Assembly: GCA_002699125.1 (NCBI GenBank)
Contig: PABI01000032.1
Span: 15,588-79,587, forward strand
Origin: Anaerolineaceae bacterium
Lineage (GTDB): Bacteria; Chloroflexota; Anaerolineae; Promineifilales; Promineifilaceae
Direction: 5' to 3'
DNA: 64,000 nucleotides
Shown: positions 27,936-36,730 of the stretch, piece by piece
Position numbering within the stretch: position 1 is the first letter of the stretch
How the letters are laid out: every line of letters starts with the position of its first letter
Translations under genes and position numbers: made by a program
Notes under the pieces: generated by a model
The model's input: the letters and a program-made list of their open reading frames with translations, nothing else
Databases searched by the model: none
What the model was told of the DNA's origin: nothing

Positions 27936-28625
27936 ATGGATTACCGCAAACCCGTTACATTTGGCGACAATTGGTCGCCAAGCCGCTATAAAGTTTTGCC
28001 GTATTTTGCTGTGGAGAAGCAGGTTTTTTTAAGCGCGCCTTCTCCTAAAATTTTGGATCTGGGTTGTGCCGCTGGTTGGAACATGAGTCGATTTAAGCAG
28101 TACGGCCGTTCCCCCATCGGTATCGACGTCGTGCCGGATCGCGTAGAATTGGCGGCGCATCACGGGCCGGTAGCAATCGCTTCTGGCCTCGATTTGCCTT
28201 TTGCTAACGAGACGTTTGACATCATCTACATCCAGCACGTGCTGCACCACATTGGCGTCGTGGACCGGGCGCTTGGTGAAGTGCGCCGCTGTTTGAAGCC
28301 GGGCGGCGTGCTGTTTTTGGTAGAAACCACGGAGGACAATCCGATCATCCGCTGGGGACGGCGTTTGTACCCCAAATGGCTGGGGGATGAGATCAACGCC
28401 CCGTTTTATTTTGCCGAACTGAAAGAGACGCTGGCGCAGGACGGTTTTAAAGTGGAAACGGCCGCACAATACAGCGTTCTCTTCTGGCTGTGGGAGATTT
28501 TGCCCGATCATGTTTCCTTCATGGAAAAGTTGACGCCGCTGTTTGTGGCCATTGAGCAGGTTTTGGTCAAAGCATTTCGTAAACAGTCGGCCCACTGCTT
28601 TTACGTGGCGGTGAAAAATGACTGA
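27936..28625 (+). CDS. Class I SAM-dependent methyltransferase
   Basis: Motif I ILDLGCAAGWN, post-motif LKPGGVLFLVE. Start moved to ATG 27936 (MDYRKP), downstream of the terminator hairpin. Confidence 0.8.
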   Translation: MDYRKPVTFGDNWSPSRYKVLPYFAVEKQVFLSAPSPKILDLGCAAGWNMSRFKQYGRSPIGIDVVPDRVELAAHHGPVAIASGLDLPFANETFDIIYIQHVLHHIGVVDRALGEVRRCLKPGGVLFLVETTEDNPIIRWGRRLYPKWLGDEINAPFYFAELKETLAQDGFKVETAAQYSVLFWLWEILPDHVSFMEKLTPLFVAIEQVLVKAFRKQSAHCFYVAVKND

Positions 28626-30096
28626 GGTGATGAGCGGCAATCGAGAGCGCTGGTTTGTGGGGCTGCTGCTGGCCATCATGCTGCTGAAGGGAGCGCTGTG
28701 GAGCCTGGCGTTTCCCCTGTGGCAGGGGCCAGATGAAGACGATCATTATGCCGTAATTCAGTTCATTGGCGAAAACGGCCGTCTCCCCGACGAAGCCGAC
28801 ACCTGGCTGCCCGATGAAGTTGCCCTTTCACGCGAACTGGCCGACGTGGGCCGCCTGGATTACAACCCGGAGCAGCGCCAGGGCTGGAGCAATCAGCCCG
28901 TGGGCCTGCGCGAAGCGGAGTTTGATGCCCTGCCGCCGTCCAGCCGCACCAGCACTGAAATTGGCATTACCGGCAAGTTGATGCACGCCACGCCGCTGTA
29001 TTACATGCTGGCGGCCGTTCCATACCGGCTGGTTGGCTACAGCCAAAATTTACTGGTGCGGATGCAGGTGCAGCGCCTGTTTGCCGTCCTGGTGAGCAGC
29101 CCCATCGTCATTGTCGCTTATCTCATTGCCCGGCTGCTGTTTCCCGCTAACCAGATGATGCGCCTGACCATTCCCACGCTGGTCGCTTTTCACCCACAGC
29201 TGACGCAGATGACGGCCGTTATTTCCGTTGATGGCCTCTTTTTTGTGCTGTATTCGCTGCTGATTTACTTTTGTTTGCGGGTACTGCGGGATGGATTGGA
29301 TTATAAAACGGCCGTTTTCATCGGCCTCACCTTTGCCGCTGCCTTTCTCATCAAGCCCACCATTAACGGCTTTGTGCCGCTGGTGGCCCTGGTGGTTTTG
29401 TATGATTGGTGGCGGCGCAAAGGCAAGCGGATGCAGGTTGTGTGGGCGGCCGTGGCGATGAACGTCGTCATCCTGCCGCCCGCGGTTTGGTGGATGGCCC
29501 GCAGCTGGCGCATCAACGGCGATCTGTTTTACTTCAATCCGGTGGTGGAAGGGCACCGCATCATCCAAAATCCGTTTTATGATTATCAATTTTTCCCGCA
29601 CATGCTCGATTATTACCGATCGGTTTGGGGCGGGCTGTTTGTGACCTGGTGGGCCCATTTTGGCTGGGTGGATACGCCGCTGCTGCCCTGGGTGTATACG
29701 CTTTTGCGCCTGCTAACCGTGCTGGCAATTGGCGGATTGCTCTGGAAAGTGGGGCGTGACTGGGGGAAACGGCCGTCTTTCCCACAATGGCAGCAGGGTC
29801 AACAAATGGCCCCTGTAGTTGTCTGGTTCTTTCTGGCGCTGACGCTGCTGGTGCCCATTGTCCTGCTGCAAGTGTACGACCTGACGTTTTGGTGGGAATA
29901 TGGCAACGGCCGTGGCTTGCAGGGACGCTACTGGCTGGGCACAGTGGTGCCTATGCTCACCTTTTTTGCTTTAGGGTTGCTCTTTTGGCTGCCCCAACGA
30001 TGGCATCCCGCCGCCCACTGGCTTTTGCGGCTGGGGATGGTTTTATTTAATTTTATCTCGCTGCTGGGCTACATTTTGCCCCGGTACTATTTGTAG
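28618..30096 (+). CDS. DUF2142-like GT-C membrane protein (no shared C-terminal domain)
   Basis: 492-aa polytopic ORF that overlaps the upstream gene by 8 nt. Loop motif FPLWQGPDEDDHYAVIQF parallels 21050-23197. Confidence 0.75.
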   Translation: MTEVMSGNRERWFVGLLLAIMLLKGALWSLAFPLWQGPDEDDHYAVIQFIGENGRLPDEADTWLPDEVALSRELADVGRLDYNPEQRQGWSNQPVGLREAEFDALPPSSRTSTEIGITGKLMHATPLYYMLAAVPYRLVGYSQNLLVRMQVQRLFAVLVSSPIVIVAYLIARLLFPANQMMRLTIPTLVAFHPQLTQMTAVISVDGLFFVLYSLLIYFCLRVLRDGLDYKTAVFIGLTFAAAFLIKPTINGFVPLVALVVLYDWWRRKGKRMQVVWAAVAMNVVILPPAVWWMARSWRINGDLFYFNPVVEGHRIIQNPFYDYQFFPHMLDYYRSVWGGLFVTWWAHFGWVDTPLLPWVYTLLRLLTVLAIGGLLWKVGRDWGKRPSFPQWQQGQQMAPVVVWFFLALTLLVPIVLLQVYDLTFWWEYGNGRGLQGRYWLGTVVPMLTFFALGLLFWLPQRWHPAAHWLLRLGMVLFNFISLLGYILPRYYL

Positions 30097-30108
30097 GTGT
30101 GCGTGAAG

Positions 30109-31842
30109 ATGAAATCATTCCTCACTTCTTCTCGCTTGCCCTGGGTGATTACGGCCGTTCTTGGCCTGGTCTTCGTTTTCCTGCTGTTTGTGGGTCAATG
30201 GCGCAGCACTGCCACGGGCGCGCAGGTGCAGGTGCCCATGTTTTACGACGCCCACTACCTTTTCCCTCGGCCCTGGACCCAGGCCCAGGAAGTCCCCGGC
30301 GTGCCCGCTCCATTCCCTGTTGCTTTTTACGGATCCAACACCATCTCGCAGACCTTTATCAGCGGAGCCGATAAACTGGCAGCGGTGGAAATTTGGCTGC
30401 AAGCACCACCTGTTGGTGATGTGACGGTGACGCTGTCCGATGAAACCGGCCCGCTTTTCGCGGGGCAAATTGATGATTCGCCGCGGGCAGGTGGTTTTGT
30501 ACATTTTGCTTTTCCAACGGTTAGCGATGCCGAAGGACGCACCTTTGAGCTTACGCTGACTGCCCTGGACGCCACGGCTGATGCTCCAGCTGTCACCCAC
30601 GTCATCGGTGGGGATCGGCTGGGCGGGCGGCTGCGCCTGAACGAGTATCCCCGCCCCGGCAATCTGGAATTGCGCACCTATGTGACAGGAACGGCCGTTT
30701 TCGATGCCCTCGCTGAACAATTATTGCCCGATATTTTTCGGCTGCGTTTGCAACAGTACAAACCGTCTTTTGTGAAAGGGAGCACGTTTGCTGGGCTGCT
30801 GGTGTTGACGGCCGTCTTAACCGTGGGGCTGCTGGTTGTGGCTCGACCGCCGTCGCAAAAGGCGGGGCAAGTAGGGGGCTGGCTACTGGCCGGTTTGCTG
30901 CTGGTTGGGCTGGCGTGGCAGCTTGGGGATGGGCGCGTTTACTTACCAATTTTTCAGGAAACGATTTTTTTAGAGGAGGCAACGGCCGTTGACCGCCCAA
31001 TCGACACGCGAAACTGGCTCATTGTCAATGATCTAACTGCTGTTTTGTGGACGGCCGAACGCCTGCCGGAAGAGCGCTTCATCACCACCGAGCTTTTTAA
31101 TGAGCGTCCAGCCATCCGCGTGCCTGCCGATTCTGCCCTGGAATATGCGCTGGATTTGCCGCTGAACGGCCGTCTGCAAACCGGTTTGCAGGCGACGGGC
31201 GTGGGGTCATTGTGGATGGCCATTGAATTTAATGGTTCACAGGTAATTGAGGTGCCGGTTACTGCTGGCGACCCGCCAAAGTGGCTGGACCTGGATTTAA
31301 CGCCGTGGCAGGGTCAAGGCGGCGTTTTGCGTTTGTTCACCGAGCCAATGGAGGGAACCCCCGATGGTTTATGGTTGATGCCTCGACTGCTCGCTGGACG
31401 GAGCTGGTTGCTGGATGAATTGCCAGAAACGGCCGTTCCTGCCGGGCACCAACTAGGCCAGGACATTGTTTTGCTGGGCTATTCCGTGGAACCAGCCCAG
31501 CCTCAGCCGCAGGAGGTGGTGGCGGTGACTTTGTATTGGCGCGGGGAACGGCCGTTGAGCCAAAACGGTACCGTATTTGTCCATGCTCTGAATGCTGCCG
31601 GGGAGATGGTCGTGCAAAGCGACAGCCAGCCGGTGCAAAACAGCTATCCGCTGGATACCTGGCCTGCCGGGATGATCATTGTTGACCGCCATCAATTGGT
31701 CTGGCCTGGCGATGATCCGCTCAGCCAGCTTGCCGTCGGCTTGTATGATCCCACCACGCTGGTACGCTTCCCTGTGCAAAATCCCGACGGTACGATAGAT
31801 GGCAACGGCCAGGCGCTGCTGCCCGTTCCGGGAGCCCCATGA
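30109..31842 (+). CDS. Membrane-anchored accessory protein with YfhO-like extracytoplasmic module and shared C-terminal domain
   Basis: ATG at 30109 (MKSFLTSSRLPWVITAVLGLVFVFLLF). Only ~3 TM segments. The segment ISQTFISGADKLAAVEIWL...FELTLTA resembles LSQPFSVPDAGLHRLDVPL...FLLTVSF of the YfhO protein. Shared C-terminal domain at 31447-31839. Confidence 0.75.
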   Translation: MKSFLTSSRLPWVITAVLGLVFVFLLFVGQWRSTATGAQVQVPMFYDAHYLFPRPWTQAQEVPGVPAPFPVAFYGSNTISQTFISGADKLAAVEIWLQAPPVGDVTVTLSDETGPLFAGQIDDSPRAGGFVHFAFPTVSDAEGRTFELTLTALDATADAPAVTHVIGGDRLGGRLRLNEYPRPGNLELRTYVTGTAVFDALAEQLLPDIFRLRLQQYKPSFVKGSTFAGLLVLTAVLTVGLLVVARPPSQKAGQVGGWLLAGLLLVGLAWQLGDGRVYLPIFQETIFLEEATAVDRPIDTRNWLIVNDLTAVLWTAERLPEERFITTELFNERPAIRVPADSALEYALDLPLNGRLQTGLQATGVGSLWMAIEFNGSQVIEVPVTAGDPPKWLDLDLTPWQGQGGVLRLFTEPMEGTPDGLWLMPRLLAGRSWLLDELPETAVPAGHQLGQDIVLLGYSVEPAQPQPQEVVAVTLYWRGERPLSQNGTVFVHALNAAGEMVVQSDSQPVQNSYPLDTWPAGMIIVDRHQLVWPGDDPLSQLAVGLYDPTTLVRFPVQNPDGTIDGNGQALLPVPGAP

Positions 31843-33086
31843 TTTTACGCATCAGATCGCTTCTCACCTCTGCCGATGCCCGCGATGGCGTGGTAATGAC
31901 GGCCGCAACCGTCTTGGCCGGTGGCTTTGATTACCTGGTGCTGGTTGTGGCCGGACTGTTATTGTCTGATCCGGCAGCGATTGCCTTTTTGGCGGTGATG
32001 AACCTGCTCAAAATTGCCGAGCAGGTGACCTGGGTGATTCGCAACGTGGTGGCTTATTACACGGCCGAATTGGCGGTTCAGGCCGATGCCCCAAGGCAAA
32101 TTGGCCAATTTGTGCGCCGCCGCTGGCGCTGGGCTTGGCGCTGGGGGTTGCTGGTGGCGCTGCTGTTTGGTCTGGCGGCCCCGTTGACCAATCGCCTCAT
32201 CAATGCCAATTCCACCGGCGCGGTGATGGCTGCCGGGCTGGCCTTACTCTTCTTTTTTGTGCGCCCGGTCACAGATGGCGCGCTGCAAGGGGTGCAAAAC
32301 TTTTTGGGGCTGGGCAGCGTGGTGGTGCTTCAGGCGGTGCTGCGTTTTGGACTGACGGCCGTTCTCATCTGGGCCGGTTTAGAATTGGTTGGCGCGGTTC
32401 TGGCGCTGCCGCTGGCCAGTGGCCTGGCGCTGCTGCTGGCCCTGTGGCTGCTGCGCGACTATTTTCGTGTCCCGGCACAATCGGCGAAATCCAAAATTAG
32501 TTTTAGCTATTCGGCGCTGACGTTTGTGGGTCTGTTGGCCTTTGCCGTCCTGGTTTACAGTGATGCCATTTTGGTGAATCGACTTTTCCCCGAAGCGGTA
32601 GCCGCGCAGTACACGCCGGTTAATGTGTTGGCCCGGATCAACCTGTTTGTGCCGGTGGCACTGGGCATGGTACTGTTTCCCAAAGCGACGCAGCGCCAGA
32701 CGCTGGGGCAGGATGCCCGGCCGATGCTGCTGCTGGCGCTGGCGGCGACGCTGTTGCCGGGGTTGGGGTTAACGGCCGTTTACTTCCTGGCTCCAGAATG
32801 GATTGTGACGCTCGTTTTTCGCGGCCAATACGGGAATCCGGGACTGCTGCTGGGCTGGGTTGGCCTGGCCACAACCTTGTTTGCCGGGGTGAATATCTGG
32901 CTCAACTATGCACTGTCGCTGGGAAGACGGCCGTTTGTCTACTTGCTGGCGGTCATCGCCGTCGCCCAAATTTGCGCGGTACTGCTGCTGGACCACACGC
33001 TGATGACCATTGCTTTTGTGCTGATCGGGTCTGGTCTGGCAGCCAATCTGGCGGGGGCAGCCCTGTTATTAAGCAATAAGAATTGA
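31839..33086 (+). CDS. Wzx/MOP-superfamily-like polysaccharide or lipid-linked-oligosaccharide flippase
   Basis: 415-aa ORF with ~12 hydrophobic segments and an ATGA overlap with the upstream gene. The pattern is that of polysaccharide biosynthesis (flippase) proteins. Family call is from topology and context. Confidence 0.65.
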   Translation: MILRIRSLLTSADARDGVVMTAATVLAGGFDYLVLVVAGLLLSDPAAIAFLAVMNLLKIAEQVTWVIRNVVAYYTAELAVQADAPRQIGQFVRRRWRWAWRWGLLVALLFGLAAPLTNRLINANSTGAVMAAGLALLFFFVRPVTDGALQGVQNFLGLGSVVVLQAVLRFGLTAVLIWAGLELVGAVLALPLASGLALLLALWLLRDYFRVPAQSAKSKISFSYSALTFVGLLAFAVLVYSDAILVNRLFPEAVAAQYTPVNVLARINLFVPVALGMVLFPKATQRQTLGQDARPMLLLALAATLLPGLGLTAVYFLAPEWIVTLVFRGQYGNPGLLLGWVGLATTLFAGVNIWLNYALSLGRRPFVYLLAVIAVAQICAVLLLDHTLMTIAFVLIGSGLAANLAGAALLLSNKN

Positions 33087-33165
33087 TCCGCAGATAACGC
33101 AGATAACGCAGATTTCTGCCTTTAATCTGCGTCAATCTGCGGATTATTTCCACATCGCAGATTAA
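33087..33165. repeat. CGCAGAT / ATCTGCG word-repeat cluster forming a composite hairpin
   Basis: cgcagata at 33089-33096, acgcagata at 33097-33105 and acgcagatt at 33106-33114. Inverted aatctgcg follows at 33124-33131 and 33134-33141, plus cgcagatt at 33157-33164. It lies immediately after the flippase stop (33084-33086). Confidence 0.85.
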
Positions 33166-33240
33166 TCGTGGCTGAGGCGGTGCGATGTAGTTGGTTCACT
33201 GACGGTACAGTCGGTATACTTGCCCTCTTGTTTAAACGAA

Positions 33241-33307
33241 AAGGTGCGACGCACTTTTATGGGCACTGTTTGTTGAACTTAGCTCAATAACAAGTGCGTC
33301 GCACCTC
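33241..33307 (+). promoter_or_regulatory. 5' leader hairpin upstream of the GT2 gene
   Basis: AAGGTGCGACGCACTT (33241-33256) pairs with AAGTGCGTCGCACCT (33292-33306). This gives a 15-bp stem and 35-nt loop, ending 16 nt before the GTG start at 33323. No T-run follows. Confidence 0.4.
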
Positions 33308-33322
33308 TTGGAATGAATATTT

Positions 33323-34204
33323 GTGATCGATTGTTCAATTGGCATCACCGCTTATAACGAAGCGGCCAACATCGGTAACTTGTTACAGCGAATTCTGGAT
33401 CAGCGCCTGGAAACGGTAGCGATTCAGGAGATCATTGTGGTGGCCAGCGGCTGCACCGACAGCACCGAAGCGATTGTGCGGGAATTTGCGGCGCGAGACG
33501 GCCGTATCCGCCTCCTCGTCCAACCTAAACGCGAAGGCAAAGCGTCGGCCATGAACCTGTTTATCCGCGAGGCGGCTAACGAGGTGATGATTTTATGCAG
33601 CGCCGACTTGCAGCCGGATGCCAAGGCCGTTGAGCAGCTCATTGCGCCTTTTGCCGACCCGGAAGTGGGCATGTCCGGCTGCCATCCCGTGCCGGTTAAC
33701 GACCCGGAAACATTCATGGGGTTTGCCGTGCATTTACAGTGGAACCTGCATCATGCCCTGAATATGTCTGGCGGTTTTAAGGGGGGCGAGATGGTGGGTT
33801 TTCGTCGCCTGTTTGCGCGCATTCCGTACCATACGGCCGTTGATGAAGCCAGCGTTGAACCAATCGTGCGTGGGCAGGGGTACAAAGTGCAGTACTGTCC
33901 TGAGGCTATTGTGTATAACAAGGGACCGGAAACCGTGGCCGACTTTTTACGCCAGCGGCGGCGCATTTACGCCGGGCACCTGGACCTGGCCAATTTGCTG
34001 GGCTACAAAGTGAGTACGATGTCTGGTGGTAATATTGCCGGGCTTTTGCTCAAAAATCTGGATTGGCGGCCCAAGCAGTTGATCTGGACGGTGGCGGTGA
34101 TTGGGTTGGAGATTTACGGCCGTTTCCTGGGCAAGCGCGACTTCAAAAACCGCAAAAATCACACCATCTGGGAAATCGCCACAACGACCAAAGAGCTTTC
34201 ATGA
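33323..34204 (+). CDS. Family 2 glycosyltransferase
   Basis: SIGITAYNEAANIGNLL and IIVVASGCTDST motifs. A C-terminal hydrophobic segment is present. GTG start. Confidence 0.8.
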   Translation: MIDCSIGITAYNEAANIGNLLQRILDQRLETVAIQEIIVVASGCTDSTEAIVREFAARDGRIRLLVQPKREGKASAMNLFIREAANEVMILCSADLQPDAKAVEQLIAPFADPEVGMSGCHPVPVNDPETFMGFAVHLQWNLHHALNMSGGFKGGEMVGFRRLFARIPYHTAVDEASVEPIVRGQGYKVQYCPEAIVYNKGPETVADFLRQRRRIYAGHLDLANLLGYKVSTMSGGNIAGLLLKNLDWRPKQLIWTVAVIGLEIYGRFLGKRDFKNRKNHTIWEIATTTKELS

Positions 34205-35307
34205 AATCAATGCTCGGCGTGCTCACACGCATCCCTTTATTTAAACTGTATCGGCGGTTTGGCTGGCCTCAAATGCTGCCGCTCAATATTACGCTCTCCC
34301 CATCGCCCAAGTGCAACTCCCGCTGCCTTACCTGTAACATCTGGATGAAGCGGGAAAACGAACTCGACCTGGATGAATGGGACAAAGTGCTGGCCTCGCT
34401 GGGCAAAGCGCCGTACTGGTTTACCATCAGCGGCGGTGAACCGCTCATGTTTCCCCACATTGTGGAGCTGACCAAGCTGGCTTACAAACATTGCCGGCCG
34501 GGCATCATCAACATCCCCACCAACGGCATTCTCAAAAGTGGCCCGGAGCGCGTGCGCGAGATTCTGGAATATTGCACTGACTCCCAGCTCATCATCAACC
34601 TGTCGCTGGATGGTGTGGGCGAAAAGCACGACTTCATTCGCGGCGTGGCGGGTAATTTTGAGAAGTTTGAGGAGCGGCTGGAGCAATACCTGGCGCTGCG
34701 TGACGAGTTTCCTAACCTGGCGGTGGGGATTCACTCGGTGGTTTCCGTGTTCAGCGTGGGACATCTGGATGAACTGATCACTTACGCCGAAAATTCCCGG
34801 GCCGACCAGTTCATCACCGAGATTGCTGAGCCGCGCGTAGAGCTGGACACAGTGGGCCTGCCCATTACTCCCAGCCCGGAACAATATGCCGAGGCCATCG
34901 ACAAGCTGATTGCCTACGTCAACAGCAAGCAGTACAAAGGCGTGGCCAAAATTACCGAAGCGTTCCGCGTGGAATATTACAAGCTGGTGAAGCGCATTTT
35001 AGACGAGCAGGACCAGGTGATTGGTTGTTATGCCGGCTGGGCCAGCGCCCAAATTTACGCCGACGGCACCGTTTGGCCCTGCTGCGTCCGTGCCGACGAT
35101 TTAGGCAACCTGCGCGAGCATAACTACGATTTTAAGGAAATCTGGTTTGGCGAAAAAATCAAAGAAGTGCGCCGCTCCATTTACGAGAAGGAATGCCACT
35201 GCCCGTTGGCCAACGCCAGCTACACCAACATGTTGATGGACGTGCCCACGGCCAGCCGAGTGGCAGCCAAAGTGATTTCGCCAAGCTCTATTGAGGTACG
35301 GCCGTAA
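34201..35307 (+). CDS. Radical SAM / SPASM-domain enzyme
   Basis: ATG at 34201 overlaps the upstream stop (ATGA). CX3CX2C motif in SPSPKCNSRCLTCNIW. GGEPLMF SAM-binding motif. The C-terminal Cys cluster (CYAGW...WPCCVRADDLGNL...CHCPLAN) fits a SPASM/twitch domain. Confidence 0.85.
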   Translation: MKSMLGVLTRIPLFKLYRRFGWPQMLPLNITLSPSPKCNSRCLTCNIWMKRENELDLDEWDKVLASLGKAPYWFTISGGEPLMFPHIVELTKLAYKHCRPGIINIPTNGILKSGPERVREILEYCTDSQLIINLSLDGVGEKHDFIRGVAGNFEKFEERLEQYLALRDEFPNLAVGIHSVVSVFSVGHLDELITYAENSRADQFITEIAEPRVELDTVGLPITPSPEQYAEAIDKLIAYVNSKQYKGVAKITEAFRVEYYKLVKRILDEQDQVIGCYAGWASAQIYADGTVWPCCVRADDLGNLREHNYDFKEIWFGEKIKEVRRSIYEKECHCPLANASYTNMLMDVPTASRVAAKVISPSSIEVRP

Positions 35308-35327
35308 AAAGCAATGGGACACACATG

Positions 35328-35359
35328 AACGCAGACTTTTTTCTCTGCGTCTCTGCGTT
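35328..35359 (+). repeat. TCTGCG-word hairpin after the radical SAM gene
   Basis: AACGCAGA (35328-35335) pairs with TCTGCGT (35344-35350) or TCTGCGTT (35352-35359). Same word family as 16269-16299 and 33087-33165. Confidence 0.6.
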
Positions 35360-35373
35360 AAAAGGGTTTCACG

Positions 35374-35658
35374 ATGTCATTTGAGTGGCTCAATAAATTT
35401 CACAAAGATATGGAAAAACCGGCTGACTATGCTGAAAAGACGCTGGCACAGTATCGGCTGGGGATGAAGGCCAAGGGCTCCATTGCTGGCGTGGCTATTT
35501 TGATCGATGAGGATGGCTGCGAGGCGTGCCGTGCCCTGCCCGCTGATGCGGTCTACCATCCCGACGAAGCGCCGCATTTGCCACTACCAGAATGCAGTAA
35601 AGGTCGCCACTGCCGCTGTGTTTATCGGCCCGTGATGACTTACCAGGTTGAAGAATGA
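35374..35658 (+). CDS. Small Cys-rich hypothetical protein (94 aa)
   Basis: ATG start. C-terminal half carries CEAC...C...HCRC (GCEACRALPADAVYHPDEAPHLPLPECSKGRHCRCVY), a plausible zinc-binding arrangement. No family assigned. Confidence 0.5.
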   Translation: MSFEWLNKFHKDMEKPADYAEKTLAQYRLGMKAKGSIAGVAILIDEDGCEACRALPADAVYHPDEAPHLPLPECSKGRHCRCVYRPVMTYQVEE

Positions 35659-35752
35659 AAACCGTGGTTAGGTGGAGCCTAAGCTTGCCCAAGGCAGAAC
35701 CGGGCTTCGACAAGCGCAGCCCTCGTTTAGGTTGTAAAAATTCTGTCGATTT

Positions 35753-36727
35753 ATGAATGTAACAGTTACAGGTGCAACGGGATTTGTGGGTGGGGCGCTG
35801 GTGCGTGCTTTACTGGCTGAGGGGCATAAGGTGGTGGGCGTGAAACGGCCGTCTTCCACTCAACCAACCTCACAGCACCCATCCTTCACCTGGGTCAACG
35901 GCGATGTGACCGATCCAACTAGTTTGCACGGCCTCTTTGACGGCGCGGATTGGCTTATTCACGCCGCCGGCATGTTGGGGCAGGCAGGCGTGCCGGAGCA
36001 AGCTTACTTTGCATTGCACGAACAGGGCACGAACAATGTCCTGGCCGAGGCCGAAAAGACAAATGTGGGCCGTATTTTGTACATTAGCAGTCCCGGCGTG
36101 CTGGGGCCAATCAGTGGGCCGCCGGCCGATGAAACCGCGCCGCTGGCTCCCAGCAATCCGTACGAGCGCAGCAAAGCAGCGGCCGAGCAGGTGGCGCAAG
36201 TGTACGCCAGTGCCGGCCTACCGGTGGTCATCGCCCGGCCGGAATTTATTTATGGTCCGACTGATTTGCACGTGTTGGGGCTGTTTAAGGCGGTGCGCGA
36301 CGGCCGTTTCTTCACCATCAACGGCGGGCAGAACCATTGCCACCCAACCTACATTGATGATGCGGTGTCTGGGATGCTGCTGGCTTTGGTGAACGGTCGT
36401 CCTGGCGAAATTTACCACATCACCGGGCCGGAGCCGGTAACGTTTCGCGAGCTGGGGCAGACGATTGCGGCTGCGCTGGATGTGCCGCCGCCGGGCTTGA
36501 ACCTGCCGCGTTGGTTGGCCTGGCTGGGGGCAACGGGATTGGAGCTGGGAATGGGTTTGTTAAATAAGGAGCCCCCGCTCAGCCGCACCGGCGTCGCCTT
36601 TTTTAGCGAAGACCGCCGCTTTTCCTGGCAGAAAGCACATGAAGAACTGGGCTACACGCCCCAATGTGACCTGCCACGCGGCGTAGCCGAAACGGTGGCC
36701 TGGTATCGGGCAAACGGGTTGGTGTGA
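35753..36727 (+). CDS. NAD-dependent epimerase/dehydratase (SDR family)
   Basis: VTGATGFVGGALV (GxxGxxG) and YERSKAAAE (YxxxK) motifs. Confidence 0.9.
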   Translation: MNVTVTGATGFVGGALVRALLAEGHKVVGVKRPSSTQPTSQHPSFTWVNGDVTDPTSLHGLFDGADWLIHAAGMLGQAGVPEQAYFALHEQGTNNVLAEAEKTNVGRILYISSPGVLGPISGPPADETAPLAPSNPYERSKAAAEQVAQVYASAGLPVVIARPEFIYGPTDLHVLGLFKAVRDGRFFTINGGQNHCHPTYIDDAVSGMLLALVNGRPGEIYHITGPEPVTFRELGQTIAAALDVPPPGLNLPRWLAWLGATGLELGMGLLNKEPPLSRTGVAFFSEDRRFSWQKAHEELGYTPQCDLPRGVAETVAWYRANGLV

Positions 36728-36730
36728 ACA

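Noticed and set aside
33087-33165. Possible CRISPR array or CRISPR remnant; the same question applies to 16269-16299 and 13502-13598.
   Set aside because: The repeat period is only 7-10 nt with no spacers of 25-40 nt. The units occur in both orientations. No cas genes are in the window.
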